Shown: in pieces, positions 60,830 to 64,000 of the stretch | Position numbering within the stretch: position 1 is the first letter of the stretch | Layout: the number at the start of each line of letters is the position of its first letter | Assembly: GCA_010909165.1 (NCBI GenBank) | Contig: VJWM01000107.1 | Location: 434,001 to 498,000, forward strand | Direction of reading: 5' to 3' | Length of the DNA: 64,000 nt | DNA from: Anthoceros angustus | Taxonomy: Eukaryota > Plantae > Anthocerotophyta | Position numbers and translations under genes: made by a program | Notes under the pieces: generated by a model | The model's database searches: none | Told to the model about the DNA's origin: nothing | The model's input: the letters and a program-made list of their open reading frames with translations, nothing else

Positions 60830-63800
60830 TTACTGATCACGATTGCTGCGCCGGGATACACTATCTGGGGTTCTAGATCTAGAGCTGGATCCATCGGGTG
60901 TCTGCGAAGCTGCTCTATCAGGAGTTCTCATCATCGAGTGGGGAGGAGGGGGTGGCTTCAGTACTGAATCGGGCATCCTTCGTCCGGTACTGTGCTTGGT
61001 GCACTTAGGCTTGAACCAACCGGGAGCGCCCTGTGCGCCACAGTAGTAAGGGGAGCAGTTGGTGAAAACAGAGTTTGTGCATTGAACGGAGTAGACACTA
61101 CTTATATGAGAGCAATCGCTCACCTGCAGGACAACGGGAGAGTTGCCAAACACCTTGTTGTAGTTCTCCTCACGGTTGACGATCTCAAGCTTCAGAGTCC
61201 TGGCCTCGTCTGTTTGGGTTGCATGCATCGCGCTTAGAAGAAAAATGGTACGATCACCGGGGCCTCTTAAGATCATGGAGAAACAAATTTACCATAAAGC
61301 TTTTGATACTCTGTATCCTTCTTAGCGCAAGTCTTCTGAAGGTCGGCTATTCGCCTTAAATCAGCAGGGTTTGACTCCTTGCTATAAAACCTTTCCTGGA
61401 ACATCGACAAATGGTAACGTCAGTAACAAATCTGATTCACTTGGAGAAAGGTAAAGGAGGAATGATAAGTGGGGAATGTCAGGCTAGTGGATGTATGGTA
61501 GGACCGTCAACTGACCTGTAGCTTCTCGAGTTCGACTTGGACCTTCTGCAGGCTGTCATTCAAGGAAGCCTGCACCCAGCAATTGGCTGGTATCATATCC
61601 ACATGACAACCTCTACATCATGGACCTCGGTATCAAATCGGGGAATTGGGCACCTTGCTGCTCTCAAACTCTTGCTGAATGCTTGCAATCTCTGCATTAT
61701 GCCGATCTTGGCAAGCATCGAACTCTGCTGCTTGTTGTGATTGCAATTCATCAGTCCTCAATCTAAAGTCTCTCTGCAGCTTTGATATCTGCTCTTTCGA
61801 GCTGCGAACGTATTCTCAAATAATTAGAAGGCTGATTTCAGGTGCATAAAGCTTTGCATGACAGAATATCCGGCATAAAGCGTGGGCTCATCATTGAGAA
61901 AGTAGCTCTGCTGATACCGACTTCTCAGCTAGCTCTTGGTTCATGTGCTGAGCAGAAGTGAGTTGCTCCATCAGCAATTTATTCTCAGCATCCATGCGTG
62001 AAACTCTTAGGTCCTGCGGCACATTTCACATGATCATCTCAGTGTGAGGCCCTCTATGTGTCCATTGGGTTGCAAGTAGCCAGCTAATGAGACCACACCT
62101 GCTGAGCCGCTGACTTCTCTAGATCAGCAATTTGAGTTTGGAACTGGTTAACAATCCGCTTGTTCTCCGCTACAATCTGAGAGCAGCAGCACGGCAGGAC
62201 GAAATTATACACAAGGAACTAGAGCACAGTTTTCAAAAGGATGGGTGGGGCATGCGATTAGTCACCGGCTGAGGATTGTACCTTATCTTTCTCTAATGCA
62301 TACCATCTCCTCTGCGTTTGCCGAAGCTCGGCCAGGTCAGTCTCATGTTTTTGGTTGTCCTGCATTTCCTTCATTTCGAACCTGTGCCTCCACTCATTTT
62401 GGAGCTGGGCCATTTCCAGCTCGTGCTTCTCAGCTAGCTCCTGGATCTGCAAGGAGTGTTCGCGACGTTGAAGCTCCAAGTCTCGCCAGGCTTTCTGGGA
62501 AACTTCTGTAACCGCTGCTGACATGGCTTCAGCTGCTGATAAAGCATCAACATGGTCTTTGTTCTCCTCCTCTGATTTCTTAGAGAGCATCTGCACTGAA
62601 GCCAGAAAGACTTAATGAAACCCGAATGCAACATCTTGTTGGCTTCCCGTCTGGAAATAGATTATACGAAGTCACGACCAGCCAGCCTCTTCTCAAATTC
62701 AAAGGAGAACTAGCCTTCTGCACGATCCGCTTTGTACTCTGGTTTCATGAAAACTACCTCCAATTCAAGTTGGTGAGCCAAAACCAAAGCTTTATGTTCC
62801 TCGGCAGCAGCACAAAGAGAGGCCTTTTGCTCAAGTATGATTCTTTCATGCTGTTGGGCCAAACGCTTCATCTCCGCGTGAAGCTCCGCTGTTTCTCTAT
62901 CGAAAAGACACCGCAGGGTATCTTGAAACTTTGCCTTTCGGTCTTCCTGAATAGTCGAAAACAAGGGTCGCATGACGAAAGCAGTGTTAGTACGACCAAA
63001 GACGACGGCCTTACACACCAAGGACAAGACTTCCAGTTTCCTATGGGTCTACCAGCATAACTGCTGCACCATCGTACCTCTTCCATCTTCGACTTCTTGC
63101 GAACCTCAGACAGGTCTGCCTACAAGCACGAACTATTTGCATCAGCACGGCGCACTGTATGGTGATTAGAGTACGTGAGAACAACATTGCAAAACGTGCA
63201 TTATGATCACTACAATAATGAGTAGCACAGATATCTATGATTCTTGCTGATACACTACTGTAGGTATCAACAGCACTTTGCAAGAGCATGCATCCCACCT
63301 CGTACGTTTGGATTGTCAACTCAAGTTTTTTCTCATGCTCCAGCTGCATACCGAGTAACTTCTCCTTCAGTCTGTAACACTCCAACCCATCCTCTGCAAC
63401 ATTTAGGTCTCAGAACTATCCAAAGAGTGACATCGATGGCCAACACTAGCCAGTTTTGTTCAATTTGGTCTTGCTAGCTGCGCGGAGAATAATAGGAGTT
63501 GATGGGCTTTACTCTTTGATCTCAGAGATGAGAGATTCTTCTTGCTTCGAAGACAGCGCAGCAGATTGGACATGTTGATCAAGCTCTACTCTGACGTTCT
63601 CAATGACAGCTGCTTGCTCTAGTGTTTTAGATTCATACTACACACATTAACAGGACACAATTCATAAATCTTCAGCAGGTTGTGGTATCAATGTGCATAA
63701 AAAACCTACTCCTATTTAGGGAATAACCTGAATTTGTAATTCACGAAGACTTTGCTGCAGCAGTTCACACTTTCTTTGCGAGTCCTTCAGTTGTCGTGTA

Positions 63801-64000
63801 AGAGCTGAACACATCTATGGACAAAATGGCAAATCAGACAATGTCAAAGTAGCCGTGGTTGGATCATCTGCAAAGCATGCTGCGCTTACCTGTTTGGATT
63901 CTTGTGCCTGCTTAATTGCCTGCTTCTGCAGAGCTTGAAAATCAATTCCTAGACGGCTTCCTACGCTCTCAAGACTGTCAAGATTTTCTTGGAGCTTACT
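60830..64000 (-). CDS. Long coiled-coil protein with a FAM184-like C-terminus (5' part outside window); multi-exon
   Basis: Multiple E/Q/K/L-rich heptad exons and the C-terminal motif LKLEIVNREENYNKVFGNSPVV, which resembles the FAM184 ELVNRETNFNKVF motif as I recall it. Ends in a Pro/Ser-rich tail at 60830. Confidence 0.6.

Overview
This is eukaryotic, land-plant nuclear DNA. It is compact and gene-dense, with short (about 70-130 bp) GT-AG introns and strong GC mosaicism. That architecture, plus a FAM184-like centriole-type gene, suggests a seed-free plant such as a hornwort or lycophyte (inference only). The first 14 kb is an old tandem segmental duplication (about 738-6325 and 6326-13960). 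The duplicated block carries a BAHD acyltransferase 3' end, a secreted PGIP-like LRR gene, a single-domain DUF26/Gnk2-like gene and a cyanobacterial-type LpxB-related gene (TIGR03492-like). The LRR and LpxB-related genes decayed in the left copy, while both Gnk2-like genes stayed intact. Next come SWSAP1-like, a secreted beta-propeller, CDIN1, a DUF218-like gene and two convergent L-type lectin receptor kinases. An AT-rich, TE-rich island at about 28.5-39 kb holds RLE-type LINE remnants, an LTR-like insertion, an intronless atypical GPX and an intronless RING-H2 gene. After it lie a plastid membrane protein, an LRR pseudogene, a small secreted Cys/Pro-rich protein, SWI/SNF BAF60, prephenate aminotransferase, LPP-beta, an orphan zinc-ribbon/RS-rich gene, a full TERT gene and the 3' part of a FAM184-like coiled-coil gene. 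The most striking item is the intact 9-exon LpxB-related glycosyltransferase gene, from a family I know mainly from cyanobacteria. Also notable are apparent catalytic-residue changes in the BAHD and GPX proteins and an unclassified hairpin-capped repeat of about 210 bp, present three times and expanded into a modular satellite at one site. All coordinates and exon calls were made by eye; no database searches were run.
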